A stretch of 59,564 nt of DNA, the filler included. It is 4 parts of 4 records of this genome, joined end to end, with 100 filler letters (N's around TTAATTAATTAA, not from the genome) between each part and the next. Parts side by side here need not be neighbours in the genome. Positions count along the whole stretch, not along the records: positions 42,731 to 59,564 come from DRR723986_3492; 3 more parts are not named here. One strand, written 5' to 3'. The notes beneath the pieces were generated by a model. The model saw only the letters and a list, made by a program, of their open reading frames with translations. It did no database searches and was not told where the DNA came from. Numbering within the stretch: position 1 is the stretch's first letter; each line of letters opens with the position of its first letter. Positions 49,801 to 58,759 of the stretch are shown here, one piece after another. Made by a program: the position numbers and the translations under genes.

Positions 49801-51530
49801 GGCGCATCCGGCACAGGCTTTTCGACCGGCCGCACCGGATAACCCGTCTCAAAAGCCGCAAACAGACCCATCTTCTCGAACACGGGCACGCAACGCGACA
49901 ACGGAATGGATCCGTTACGCGAATAGATCTTTACCCGGATCTTATCCGAATCTTCGTTAGGGGTTTGGTAAGCTCTGGCCACGATGGGGGAACTGGCGCT
50001 GAGCTGTGCCATCATGGCGACATCCAGCATCGCCTCCTCCGGCGTGAAGGCTTCGCGATAGGCAGCATTGAACGCACCGATAAAGGCGCGGGCCCCTTCC
50101 CCCTCGGCCTCGTCGAGATCGGTCTGGATCACGGCCTCGCGAAGCGCCTGGTCCCAGGTACGAGCCAGTTTGGTGATCTCGGCTTCCAGCGCCTCAACGT
50201 CCGGTTCGGGATGGTTCCGGTCGATGGCGATCTGGAAGTGTACACGTGCCAGTGGCCCGGTATCGAAATAGGGCTGAAACCGGATGAGTTTGCCGTTATA
50301 GGCCGTCAGCAGCGCTTCGGTGATCTGTTCGCGAAGGGTTGTGTCATAGGCTTCACGTGGCACAAAGACGATGGCGGAGACAAACCGGTCGAACTGGTCC
50401 CGGCGCAGGAACAAACGGGTGCGCGGCCGGCCGATCAGGTGCAGCGCACCCATGATCATTGGCGCCAGCGTTTTCGAACTGGTCTGGAACAGCTCATCGC
50501 GCGGCCAGGTCTCGAGAAGATTGGCGATAGCCTTCTCGGTATGCCCGCCGGGCGTTGCTCCGGAGGAGGCAATGACCTTCAGTACACGGCGGCGGATGAA
50601 TGGAATGGAGCGTGCCGTTTCGTCGTAGGCCTCGGCGGTGAACAGACCAAGGAAACGCACTTCCCCGTTCACACGCCCCTGCTCGTCGTACTTTTTGACC
50701 CCGACATAGTCACAAGCGACACGGCGGTGGATACGGCTCATCAGAGTCGACTTCGCGACGATCAGCGGGAACGGCTCTTCCAGCAGTTCTCCGATCTCCG
50801 GCGTCAGTACCAGAGGCTCCGCATCCCGGGACAGGACGTTCAGATCCTCGTCACGCAGCAGGCCCAGATTGCTGCCTTCGATCATGATCGGTTCTTCCGG
50901 CAGCACGCGGCCTTCAGCGTCTGTTTCGAACCGGTACTCCCGGCAGCCGAGAAAGACGAAGTGATTTTTCGTCAGCCATTCCAGGAACGCCACGGCTTCA
51001 TGCGTGTCGGCATGCTTTGGTTCCTCCAGCAGGGACAGGCGGCGAATCTCTTCCCGCATCCGGTCCTTCATTGGCTTGAAGTCTGCGACTGCCTGCGCCG
51101 TGTGTTCCAGCGTCTGGCGCGCGCCTTTGACCAGACGATCTGCCTCGCGCTCTGTCAGGCGTGGCAGGTGAATCTGGATTACGGAGATCATGCGGCCATC
51201 GGCCAGGCGAACGACCGGATGGAACATCGTCCGCACTTCAAAGCCCTGATCGGCGCACTCGCCCAACAGGGAATCGACCAGAAACGGCATGTCCGGTCCC
51301 GCGGCTTCAAGAATGCTGCGTCCCAGCGGGCCCGACGCGCCTACGGCATCGACCAGAATACGCACATCCTGCTCACCTTCCGGCAAACCCGATGCCCAGT
51401 TCCAGAGCCCCCGGGCCAATGTGTCGATGTCGGCCGGTTCCAGGCCGCTCAACTCTTCATTGCCGGATTCCAGGGCGACCTGCGTCAGCACCTGATCGAG
51501 CGGATCGGTGGCAACAGTCTGATTGTTCAT
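46803..51530 (-). CDS. Large NAD-specific glutamate dehydrogenase (GdhB/GdhZ type)
   Basis: 1575 aa; [72 protein letters not shown]. Confidence 0.97.
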   Translation of the reverse strand: [1575 protein letters not shown]

Positions 51531-51664
51531 GGGGGCGACTCACACGGGGGGAAATGAAGGATACGGAGGTGTTCCGGTGTAACGCGGGTCACCTAGTCCT
51601 TCAACTTGGTCGTTTCAAATGAAACTTCCGTGTTGCACTGGCGAGATACAGAACGCATCCGCCA

Positions 51665-51755
51665 AATGAACGGGCCCGCCGAACGGGGACGTGTCCGGCG
51701 GGCCCTACAGGCCTTGATCCGCAGGCTGGGTGGGGGGACGCACGCGGAGGCCTGA
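51665..51755 (-). ncRNA. Candidate small RNA: two hairpins, each with a CGUCCCC loop
   Basis: Hairpin 51708-51754 (loop GUGCGUCCCCCCACCCAGCCU) and hairpin 51672-51705 (10-bp GC stem, loop GACACGUCCCCGUU) followed by GUUCAUUU. AT-rich promoter-like tract at 51757-51790. Confidence 0.55.
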
Positions 51756-51881
51756 TTCTATATTTTGTATCAAATATTTTATTCGCAAGATCTGCGCATC
51801 AGTCCACTTATAAATTCCTGAAATGCTGACAGCCCAAGTCATTCATATCGCGGTATGGTTGTGGATTGCCATGAATTGCCT

Positions 51882-53003
51882 TTACGCTCCACCATCTTGT
51901 GCAGCATCGGCTGTAACTCTTTCCCCATTAAGCCCTCCCTTGCCCTGAGGATTGCCGTCTGAAGACAGCAGGATTGCGATCCAGCGTGTCCCTTCGGACT
52001 GCGCGAACAGCACCATCATTAACACAGTCAGCGGTGCGGACAGGAACATGCCGGGGATCCCCCAGATCACGCCCCAGATGGCCAGCGCAAGCAGCACCAC
52101 CAACGACGACAGGTTGAGTGATTCTCCCATCATGCGCGGCTGGATGAAGTTGCCGATGGAGAATTGCCAGAAACTGACTACGGCCAGAACGATTCCGGCA
52201 TAGATGTATGTGTCCTGCGGCGGAACGCCCGGCACCCAGACCGGCATGCTCGGCTGCACCAGCGCGAAGAGCGGCGGCACCAGCGCAGCGACAATGGAGC
52301 CCACCGTGGGAATGTAGTTCAGCACGAAAATCAGCGCCGACAGGAACAGCGCATTCTTCACGCCCAGTGCCAGCAGCGATCCATAGGTCAGCACCGTGAT
52401 CAGGGCCGATATCACGGTCTGGGTCCACAGATAGCTTTCGATTCCGCGCCGGGCCTCTTCCCCCACCTCTCGCACCTGCGTCCGCGCTTCCGCATCAGGG
52501 AAGATATTGTCGAGCTTCAGCGACCACCCGGACTGGGCCAGGAACAGGAACGCCACATAGATCAGGATCAGCACCACATCGCCGGACAGGTCACCGGTCG
52601 CGTTCGCGATGGTGGCGAAGAATCGCTGGCCGGTCTCGTTGAAAAGCAATTCCTGCAGTGTCGGGGCGCCGGTCATGTGCACGACATCATAGGCCTCCTG
52701 GATCAGGCCGTTGATCTTCGTTTCATACTCGCCGGCATCGCGGCCGAACTCGGCGATGCCGTTCGCCATCAGACCGATGAAGCCAATGAAGCCGCCAAGG
52801 ACCAGCAGGATCGCAATGATCCGGGCATGCCCGATCTTCAGGAAACGGGTCCAGTTGTCGATCATCGTGGCAAAACCCTCGATGGTCAGGAACAGGAATA
52901 CGGCGAGCGCAAATGGCGCGAGAATGGCGCGTGTCCAGTAAAGGAACGCGATGATCACGCCAGTTGCGATGACCCAGATCCCGGTCGTGGCGGCTCGGCT
53001 CAT
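51882..53003 (-). CDS. AI-2E family transporter
   Basis: ILAPFALAVFL, YLWTQT, LNYIPTVGSIVA, IGNFIQPRMMGESLNLS, WGIPGMFLSAPLT; ATG 53003 with RBS. Confidence 0.92.
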   Translation of the reverse strand: MSRAATTGIWVIATGVIIAFLYWTRAILAPFALAVFLFLTIEGFATMIDNWTRFLKIGHARIIAILLVLGGFIGFIGLMANGIAEFGRDAGEYETKINGLIQEAYDVVHMTGAPTLQELLFNETGQRFFATIANATGDLSGDVVLILIYVAFLFLAQSGWSLKLDNIFPDAEARTQVREVGEEARRGIESYLWTQTVISALITVLTYGSLLALGVKNALFLSALIFVLNYIPTVGSIVAALVPPLFALVQPSMPVWVPGVPPQDTYIYAGIVLAVVSFWQFSIGNFIQPRMMGESLNLSSLVVLLALAIWGVIWGIPGMFLSAPLTVLMMVLFAQSEGTRWIAILLSSDGNPQGKGGLNGERVTADAAQDGGA

Positions 53004-53156
53004 ATCCGGACTCCCCCTTCTGCCTGCGCCAAGCGTGGCGCCAGCCCCGCTCTGCGTCAAGCAGCCCGCCGCTGTGCCGGGCCTTTGCACCCCGGCCCTT
53101 GCCGAATCCGGCGAAATCTCTAGCGTTCCGGCAGGAACGAAAGAGGCGGGGCATTC

Positions 53157-54689
53157 ATGACAGACTCCATTTTCATCGGCGGCGCAGACGCCAATGGCAC
53201 CGGCAAACCGGACGTTGCGCAGGAATTGCTGCTGAAGATCGCCAATCGGCATGGCCTCGTCGCCGGTGCGACGGGCACGGGCAAAACCGTGACGCTCCAG
53301 ATCCTCGCCCAGGGGTTTTCCGATGCCGGCGTGCCGGTCTTCTGCGCCGACGTGAAGGGCGACCTCTCAGGCATCTGCGTGCCAGGCAGTGAAAAGCACC
53401 CGCTTCACCCGAAACTCGTCTCCCGCGCCGAAAAGATCGGCCTGGAGAACTATTCCTATTCCGGCGCGCCAACCATTTTCTGGGACCTGTTCGGCGAGAA
53501 AGGCCACCCCGTCCGAACGACCATTTCGGAAATGGGCCCGCTGCTGCTGTCGCGCCTGATGGGACTGACCGATGCGCAGGAAGGCGTGCTGAACATTGCC
53601 TTCGAATATGCTGACGATAACGGCCTCGCCCTTCTCGACCTGAAAGACCTGCGCAAGCTGCTCGCCCATATGGGCGACAAGGAAATCCGGGATGAGCTGA
53701 GCAAGGAATACGGCAACATCGCCTCCGCCTCGCTGGGCGCCCTGCAGCGCAACCTGCTGGTCATGGAACGCGAAGGCGCCGAACACTTCTTCGGAGAACC
53801 TGCGCTCGAGCTGCCGGACATGATGCGGACCACCACCGATGGCCGCGGGGTCGTCAGCGTGCTGGATTCCACCCGCCTAATCAACAGCCCGAAACTCTAT
53901 TCGACCTTCCTGCTCTGGCTACTCTCGGAACTCTTCGAACAGCTTCCGGAGGTGGGCGACCCGGATAAGCCGAAGCTCGTCTTCTTCTTTGACGAAGCCC
54001 ACCTCCTCTTCGACGACACCCCCTCTGCCCTGCTGCAGAAGATCGAACAGGTCGTCCGCCTGATCCGTTCCAAGGGCGTCGGCGTCTTCTTCGTGACGCA
54101 GAATCCGCGCGACCTGCCGGAGAGCGTGCTCGCCCAGCTCGGCAACAGGTTCCAGCATGCCCTGCGCGCCTACACGCCGGCGGAACGCAAGGGTGTCCGC
54201 GCAGCGTCCGATTCCTTCCGGCCCAATCCGGCCTTCGACACAGAAGAAGTGATCACCACGCTCGGCGTCGGCGAAGCACTGGTCTCCACACTGGACGCCA
54301 AAGGCGCGCCAAGCATTGTTCAGCACACGGTCGTTCGCCCGCCCGCTTCCCGGCTAGGCCCTGCCGAAGATGCCGAACGCAAGAAGATTATCAATGAGAG
54401 CCCGATCGCCGGGAAATATGAAGGCGTGGTCGACCGCGAGTCCGCTTACGAAATCCTGGAAGCCAAGGAAGCGAAAGCCGCCAAGGAAGCAGAACGCCTC
54501 GCCAGAGAGGAAGAAAAAGCGGCAAAGGAACTGGAAAAGAAGAAGGCCCGAACCAAGAGAACCAGTTCGAGCCGGTCCCGCCGCATGTCCCCGCTGCAAA
54601 AGGCGGGCAACCAGGCCGCCCGTTCCGCAGCCCGCGAATTCACCCGCTACATCCTGCGCGGCATTCTGGGCAGCATGAAACGCCGTTAG
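53157..54689 (+). CDS. HerA-like ATPase, DUF853/YjgR family
   Basis: ANRHGLVAGATGTGKT, ADVKGDLSG, LVFFFDEAHLLF, RLIRSKGVG, QLGNRFQHALRA. Confidence 0.94.
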   Translation: MTDSIFIGGADANGTGKPDVAQELLLKIANRHGLVAGATGTGKTVTLQILAQGFSDAGVPVFCADVKGDLSGICVPGSEKHPLHPKLVSRAEKIGLENYSYSGAPTIFWDLFGEKGHPVRTTISEMGPLLLSRLMGLTDAQEGVLNIAFEYADDNGLALLDLKDLRKLLAHMGDKEIRDELSKEYGNIASASLGALQRNLLVMEREGAEHFFGEPALELPDMMRTTTDGRGVVSVLDSTRLINSPKLYSTFLLWLLSELFEQLPEVGDPDKPKLVFFFDEAHLLFDDTPSALLQKIEQVVRLIRSKGVGVFFVTQNPRDLPESVLAQLGNRFQHALRAYTPAERKGVRAASDSFRPNPAFDTEEVITTLGVGEALVSTLDAKGAPSIVQHTVVRPPASRLGPAEDAERKKIINESPIAGKYEGVVDRESAYEILEAKEAKAAKEAERLAREEEKAAKELEKKKARTKRTSSSRSRRMSPLQKAGNQAARSAAREFTRYILRGILGSMKRR

Positions 54690-54698
54690 GCCTGGTTT

Positions 54699-55694
54699 CT
54701 AGTTCGGTCGCGTATTCGGCTCGGCATCTTCCAGCATGCCGAGTTCGTCATCATCGTCCTTCATTCCGGATGCATCGTCGTCGGATGACTGGAAGACCTG
54801 ACCTTGTTCATAGGTCTCATCGGAATAGGTTTCATCGACCACCGGGCTGTCTTCACTGATGACTTCTTCCTCTGCAGCCGCAGCGGCGGCGGCCTTTTGA
54901 GCCGCCTTTTCGGCCTTGCGGGCTTCTTTTTCGGCCTGTTTGGCGGCTTTCTTCGCGGCCTTTTCCTCGGCCCGGCGGGCAGCCTCTTCCAATTGTTCCG
55001 GTGTCTTGCGCCGCCCAAACGGCGCATGGACATCGGCCTTCCGGTCATACTGCATGGAATAATATTCGTGGGCCGTATGGGTCAGCGGCTTCGGCGTAAG
55101 GTGCAGGCCATAGGCACGCAGACGTTCAACCACTTCGTCGCGAAGATACATGCCCGGCAGCGCTTGCTGGCTGAAATTGTGCCCCTTCATCCAGTCGCGC
55201 ACGTCCCATGAGCGGACACGGCCAACTTCTGACGGCCGGGCCCCGCCATGCACTTCCCACATGTAAAGCGTCGCGATGCCGTTGATTGTGGCATCCATCG
55301 CATCGTCCATGGAATCGACTGGCTCGCGCCCCTGGGCCAGCGCGGCGCGCAGCGCCATCTTGCGGGCTTCGAGCTCCTGATAGGTGTTGCCGATCACGGC
55401 CAGCGCGTTGCGGTTTGCGCGGATCATGGAGGCATTGACGCCGTCCAGCTGCGGGTGGCGCACCGGCAGCAGAAGGTCCGGTCCGGCATCCTGAATGGCG
55501 TGGACCTGACCCAGCTCCGAAACGAACCGCTGGAGATTGATCCTCAATTCATGGCTGACCCCATCCAGGGCCGACACGATGCCGGCCTGATGCTCTTCGC
55601 GCATGCGCCAGAGATGCCAGGCAACCAGCAGCCCGGCGGCGATCATCAGAGAGACCCCGCCGGTAATGAACGTGTAGAACTGCGACTCACTCAT
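54699..55694 (-). CDS. Hypothetical membrane-anchored protein with Lys/Ala-rich and acidic C-terminal tail
   Basis: Single N-terminal TM, helical core, EEKAAKKAAKQAEKEARKAEKAAQKAAAAAAA, Asp/Glu-rich end. Confidence 0.8.
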   Translation of the reverse strand: MSESQFYTFITGGVSLMIAAGLLVAWHLWRMREEHQAGIVSALDGVSHELRINLQRFVSELGQVHAIQDAGPDLLLPVRHPQLDGVNASMIRANRNALAVIGNTYQELEARKMALRAALAQGREPVDSMDDAMDATINGIATLYMWEVHGGARPSEVGRVRSWDVRDWMKGHNFSQQALPGMYLRDEVVERLRAYGLHLTPKPLTHTAHEYYSMQYDRKADVHAPFGRRKTPEQLEEAARRAEEKAAKKAAKQAEKEARKAEKAAQKAAAAAAAEEEVISEDSPVVDETYSDETYEQGQVFQSSDDDASGMKDDDDELGMLEDAEPNTRPN

Positions 55695-55763
55695 TCTGAG
55701 CTCCCCTCCGATCAGCCCGAAAACGCCAGCCCCGCGAATATTCAGGTTAATGGAACGGAAACC

Positions 55764-56642
55764 TTAGCCGCCCAGCGCGCGTCCCGCAATCGCCTGCAAC
55801 TTGTGTATTGTTTCCGGATTACGGGCTGCCTCAGCAGTAATCAGGGCATAGTCCAGGCAGGAATCAATTCCGTCCGGACTCGGCGTACGCTGCGTTCCAT
55901 TCAGACTTTCCGCCAGTTTTACAACGGCCTTCCGGCCGAGCGCGCTGTTGCGAGCCATGACTTCCAGCACATTGGTCACCGTGACGGCCTCTTCTTCCTC
56001 GCGCCAGCAATCATAATCGGTCACCATAGCGAGGATGGCATATGGCAGCTCCGCTTCCCGTGCGAGCTTGGCTTCCGGCATGGCGGTCATGCCGATCACG
56101 TCACAGCCCCACTGGCGATAGAGCTTTGATTCGGCAAGCGACGAGAATTGCGGGCCCTCCATGGCGATATAGGTGCCGCCGCGATGCACCTTGGCGCCGA
56201 CAGCTTCCGCAGCATCCGCTGCCAGCGCGCTGAAACGGGAACAGACCGGACGGGCCATCGAGACATGCGCGACCATGCCATCGCCAAAGAAGGTTTTCGA
56301 ACGAGCAAAGGTCCGGTCGATGAACTGGTCGGCGGCGAGGAAGTCACCCGGCGCATAAGCTTCCTGAAGGCTGCCACAGGCCGAAATGGCCAGCACATCG
56401 GTAACGCCGGCCATCTTCAATGCAGCAATATTGGCGCGGTAAGGCACTTCGCTGGGTGTCAGCCGGTGGCCACGGCCATGGCGCGGCAGGAAAACCAGTT
56501 TCACATCGCCAATCCGGCCATGAACCAGTGCATCGGATGGCGCGCCCCAAGGCGTGTCGACGATTTCTTCCCGCCGGTCTTCCAGACCGTCAATTTCGTA
56601 AAGGCCGGAGCCGCCAATGATGCCGAGGGTCCATTTGCTCAT
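55764..56642 (-). CDS. mtnP: S-methyl-5'-thioadenosine phosphorylase
   Basis: GIIGGSGLY, TPWGAPSD, FLPRHGRGH, SACGSL, MEGPQFSS.AES, GMTAMPEAKLAREAE, VTDYDCW. Confidence 0.95.
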   Translation of the reverse strand: MSKWTLGIIGGSGLYEIDGLEDRREEIVDTPWGAPSDALVHGRIGDVKLVFLPRHGRGHRLTPSEVPYRANIAALKMAGVTDVLAISACGSLQEAYAPGDFLAADQFIDRTFARSKTFFGDGMVAHVSMARPVCSRFSALAADAAEAVGAKVHRGGTYIAMEGPQFSSLAESKLYRQWGCDVIGMTAMPEAKLAREAELPYAILAMVTDYDCWREEEEAVTVTNVLEVMARNSALGRKAVVKLAESLNGTQRTPSPDGIDSCLDYALITAEAARNPETIHKLQAIAGRALGG

Positions 56643-57160
56643 CTGGTTGTCCTGAAGTCTTTGCGCATGCCGATGGGCGGCGGAGAGCGCGGGTTGGGCG
56701 TGGTCGGTTCCACATCATCCGCCAGCACGTAGCCAAGCCCGGCATAGAAGTCGACCAGCCTCACCTGGTCGTGACGAACCGCGAGTTGCGCGCCCTCTGC
56801 ACCGGCATCGCGGCCTGCCTCTTCGAGCACCTTCAGGATGACTTCCCCAAAGCCGCGTTTGCGATAGGCTTCCAGCACGCCGATCCGTTTGATTTCCATC
56901 CATGCCCCCTGCCCCGAAGGCCCTTGCACGGGTACCCAGCGGCCGGATCCGATGGGCACCCCATCATCCAGCAGGATCGCGCCGCCACCCTTTTCCAGCT
57001 GCGCAGCCACAAAGTCCGGTGTCTCCCGGAAAACGGTGGATTCCTCGGACACTCGCCCGGTCCAGATCCGGCGCGTCAGGTGCTCAACAAGCACGCCATC
57101 CGCCGGCCCTGCCTTGCAGAGGCAAATGCCCGACATGCCGGCGTGATCAGACTCACTCAC
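56639..57160 (-). CDS. GNAT family acetyltransferase (start GTG 57160 or ATG 57136)
   Basis: EIKRIGVLEAYRKRGFG (acetyl-CoA motif A), FYAGLGY. Confidence 0.85.
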   Translation of the reverse strand: MSESDHAGMSGICLCKAGPADGVLVEHLTRRIWTGRVSEESTVFRETPDFVAAQLEKGGGAILLDDGVPIGSGRWVPVQGPSGQGAWMEIKRIGVLEAYRKRGFGEVILKVLEEAGRDAGAEGAQLAVRHDQVRLVDFYAGLGYVLADDVEPTTPNPRSPPPIGMRKDFRTTR

Positions 57161-57692
57161 AGACGGCCCTGACAATCACTTTCGAGAAGTGATCTTCGGT
57201 TCTCAGGAACTCCACGAAGCATTTTCCATCTTCAGATGTGTGGATGTGGGCCCCGATCGGGAATAGTCCCTCCAGGCCATTTATCGTCATGGTATAGCCC
57301 TTCGTGGTCCGGTCGAGGTAGCTCATGCTCACCCGGTCGCCATTCCCCAGCACAATGGTTTTGGTCTCTCTGGCGGGGATCGCCACGCCCTCGTCCGTAA
57401 GCAGGACGCCATCGACATTGGGCAGTTCCAGACCGGCGGCCTTCTCGGCGACCTTCCGGCTGATCTGGTCGGCCCGCTTCAGCACGTCGGCCGCTTCTCC
57501 GGCGGCTGACGGGTCTATGTCCTGTATCTTTTCAAGATTTTCAGCGATCCGGTCGAGCGAGGATGCCATGCCCGACAGCGATTTGGGCGAAGTGTCCCCC
57601 AGCGCAAACATCACGCCCAGACCACCTACGACAGCGCCGCCAACCGCCCCGGCTGCGTTCGCAATACTCAAGAATTTTCCATCAGCCATCAT
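57153..57692 (-). CDS. Hypothetical membrane-anchored protein
   Basis: RBS GGAGGG, Gly-rich TM AGAVGGAVVGGLGVMFAL, helical segment, small beta domain with two Cys. Confidence 0.7.
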   Translation of the reverse strand: MMADGKFLSIANAAGAVGGAVVGGLGVMFALGDTSPKSLSGMASSLDRIAENLEKIQDIDPSAAGEAADVLKRADQISRKVAEKAAGLELPNVDGVLLTDEGVAIPARETKTIVLGNGDRVSMSYLDRTTKGYTMTINGLEGLFPIGAHIHTSEDGKCFVEFLRTEDHFSKVIVRAVCE

Positions 57693-57744
57693 TCCCTCCA
57701 ACTGAGGGCGGGAAAGATAAGAGCGGGATCGCCACAGCCGCAAG

Positions 57745-57774
57745 AAAAAAGCCCCGGCAGAACCGGGGCTTTTT
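57745..57774. terminator. Intrinsic terminator after petC
   Basis: AAAAAA-GCCCCGG-cagaa-CCGGGGC-TTTTT. Confidence 0.9.
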
Positions 57775-57802
57775 CAATTCGAATTGTCCGATGCAGCGAG
57801 CC

Positions 57803-58744
57803 TTAGTGCTCGATCTTCCGCCAGATCTGCTTGTAGGAGAACCACAGCAGGACAGCCAGAATCAGAAGGTAAGCCATCACAGCCATACCCAGCGACTTGC
57901 GGTGTTCCTGCTTCGGCTCACCGGCCCAGGCCAGGAATTGAGCAACGTCATAAGCCATCTGCTCAATCGTAGCCTCGGTACCGTCGGTGTACTCGACGCG
58001 GCCTTCAAGCAGCTGCGGCGGCATGGCCAGGAAGCCACCTTTCGGTGCGTGGCGCGGGTCGCCGTCATAGTTCGGCGTCGTGTCGCCCGGCATGTACGGG
58101 TTGTAGTACTGGCCCGGATTGATCTTCAGGAAGCCTTCACCGTGTTCCCCGCCATGACCGCCGACTTTTGACATGTCGAGATAATTGGCCGTCTCACCAT
58201 CGACTTCTCGCTGCACGAACGCGTCGTCATGCGGATAGCCCGACAGGAGGTGGAAGATATAGCTGGCGCCGCCATGGCGGGCCTTGGTGATGACCGACAG
58301 ATCCGGCGGAGCTGCACCGCCATTGGCAGCGCGGGCCGCTTCCACGTTTGGATACGGGCTGCGGAACGTGTCAGCAGGCGTTGCCGGACGGTAATCGAAC
58401 TCGCCAATATCGTTCGGCGTCGGGCTGAGAATTTCATTCTCGGCAGCCAATGCCTTCACGAACGGATTGTCGTTCGGGTTCGGATAGGCCGGGTCGTAGA
58501 ACGGGCCGCCCGGTTCACCAAGGTTCCGGTAGCTCATCAGCTTCATCGAGTGGCACGATGCACAGACCTGATGATAGACCTGATACCCGCGCTGCAGCGA
58601 TGCCTGGTCGAACTGGCCCGTCGGGCCCTCGAACGGCCAGCCACCTTCCGGCGGGTGCGGGTGTTCCGCGCCACCTGCAGCATGCGCTGCAGCGGTGAAG
58701 ATAAGTCCGGCCAGACCGGCAGTGAGGAGTCGAAGCGCTTTCAT
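57803..58744 (-). CDS. petC: Cytochrome c1 of the bc1 complex
   Basis: LQRGYQVY..VCASCHSM, ANGGAAPPDLS, AMPP, QFLAWAGEP, C-terminal TM anchor. Confidence 0.96.
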   Translation of the reverse strand: MKALRLLTAGLAGLIFTAAAHAAGGAEHPHPPEGGWPFEGPTGQFDQASLQRGYQVYHQVCASCHSMKLMSYRNLGEPGGPFYDPAYPNPNDNPFVKALAAENEILSPTPNDIGEFDYRPATPADTFRSPYPNVEAARAANGGAAPPDLSVITKARHGGASYIFHLLSGYPHDDAFVQREVDGETANYLDMSKVGGHGGEHGEGFLKINPGQYYNPYMPGDTTPNYDGDPRHAPKGGFLAMPPQLLEGRVEYTDGTEATIEQMAYDVAQFLAWAGEPKQEHRKSLGMAVMAYLLILAVLLWFSYKQIWRKIEH

Positions 58745-58759
58745 GGTTCCTCTGGCTCC

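Noticed and set aside
43194-51530. Proximity of two Caulobacter FtsZ-interactor homologues (FzlA and GdhZ-type GDH)
   Set aside because: Separated by an unrelated peptidase and a terminator, with no kidO; probably coincidental.
48504-51557. 1017-aa antisense ORF over NAD-GDH
   Set aside because: Same codon-bias artefact; no recognisable domain.
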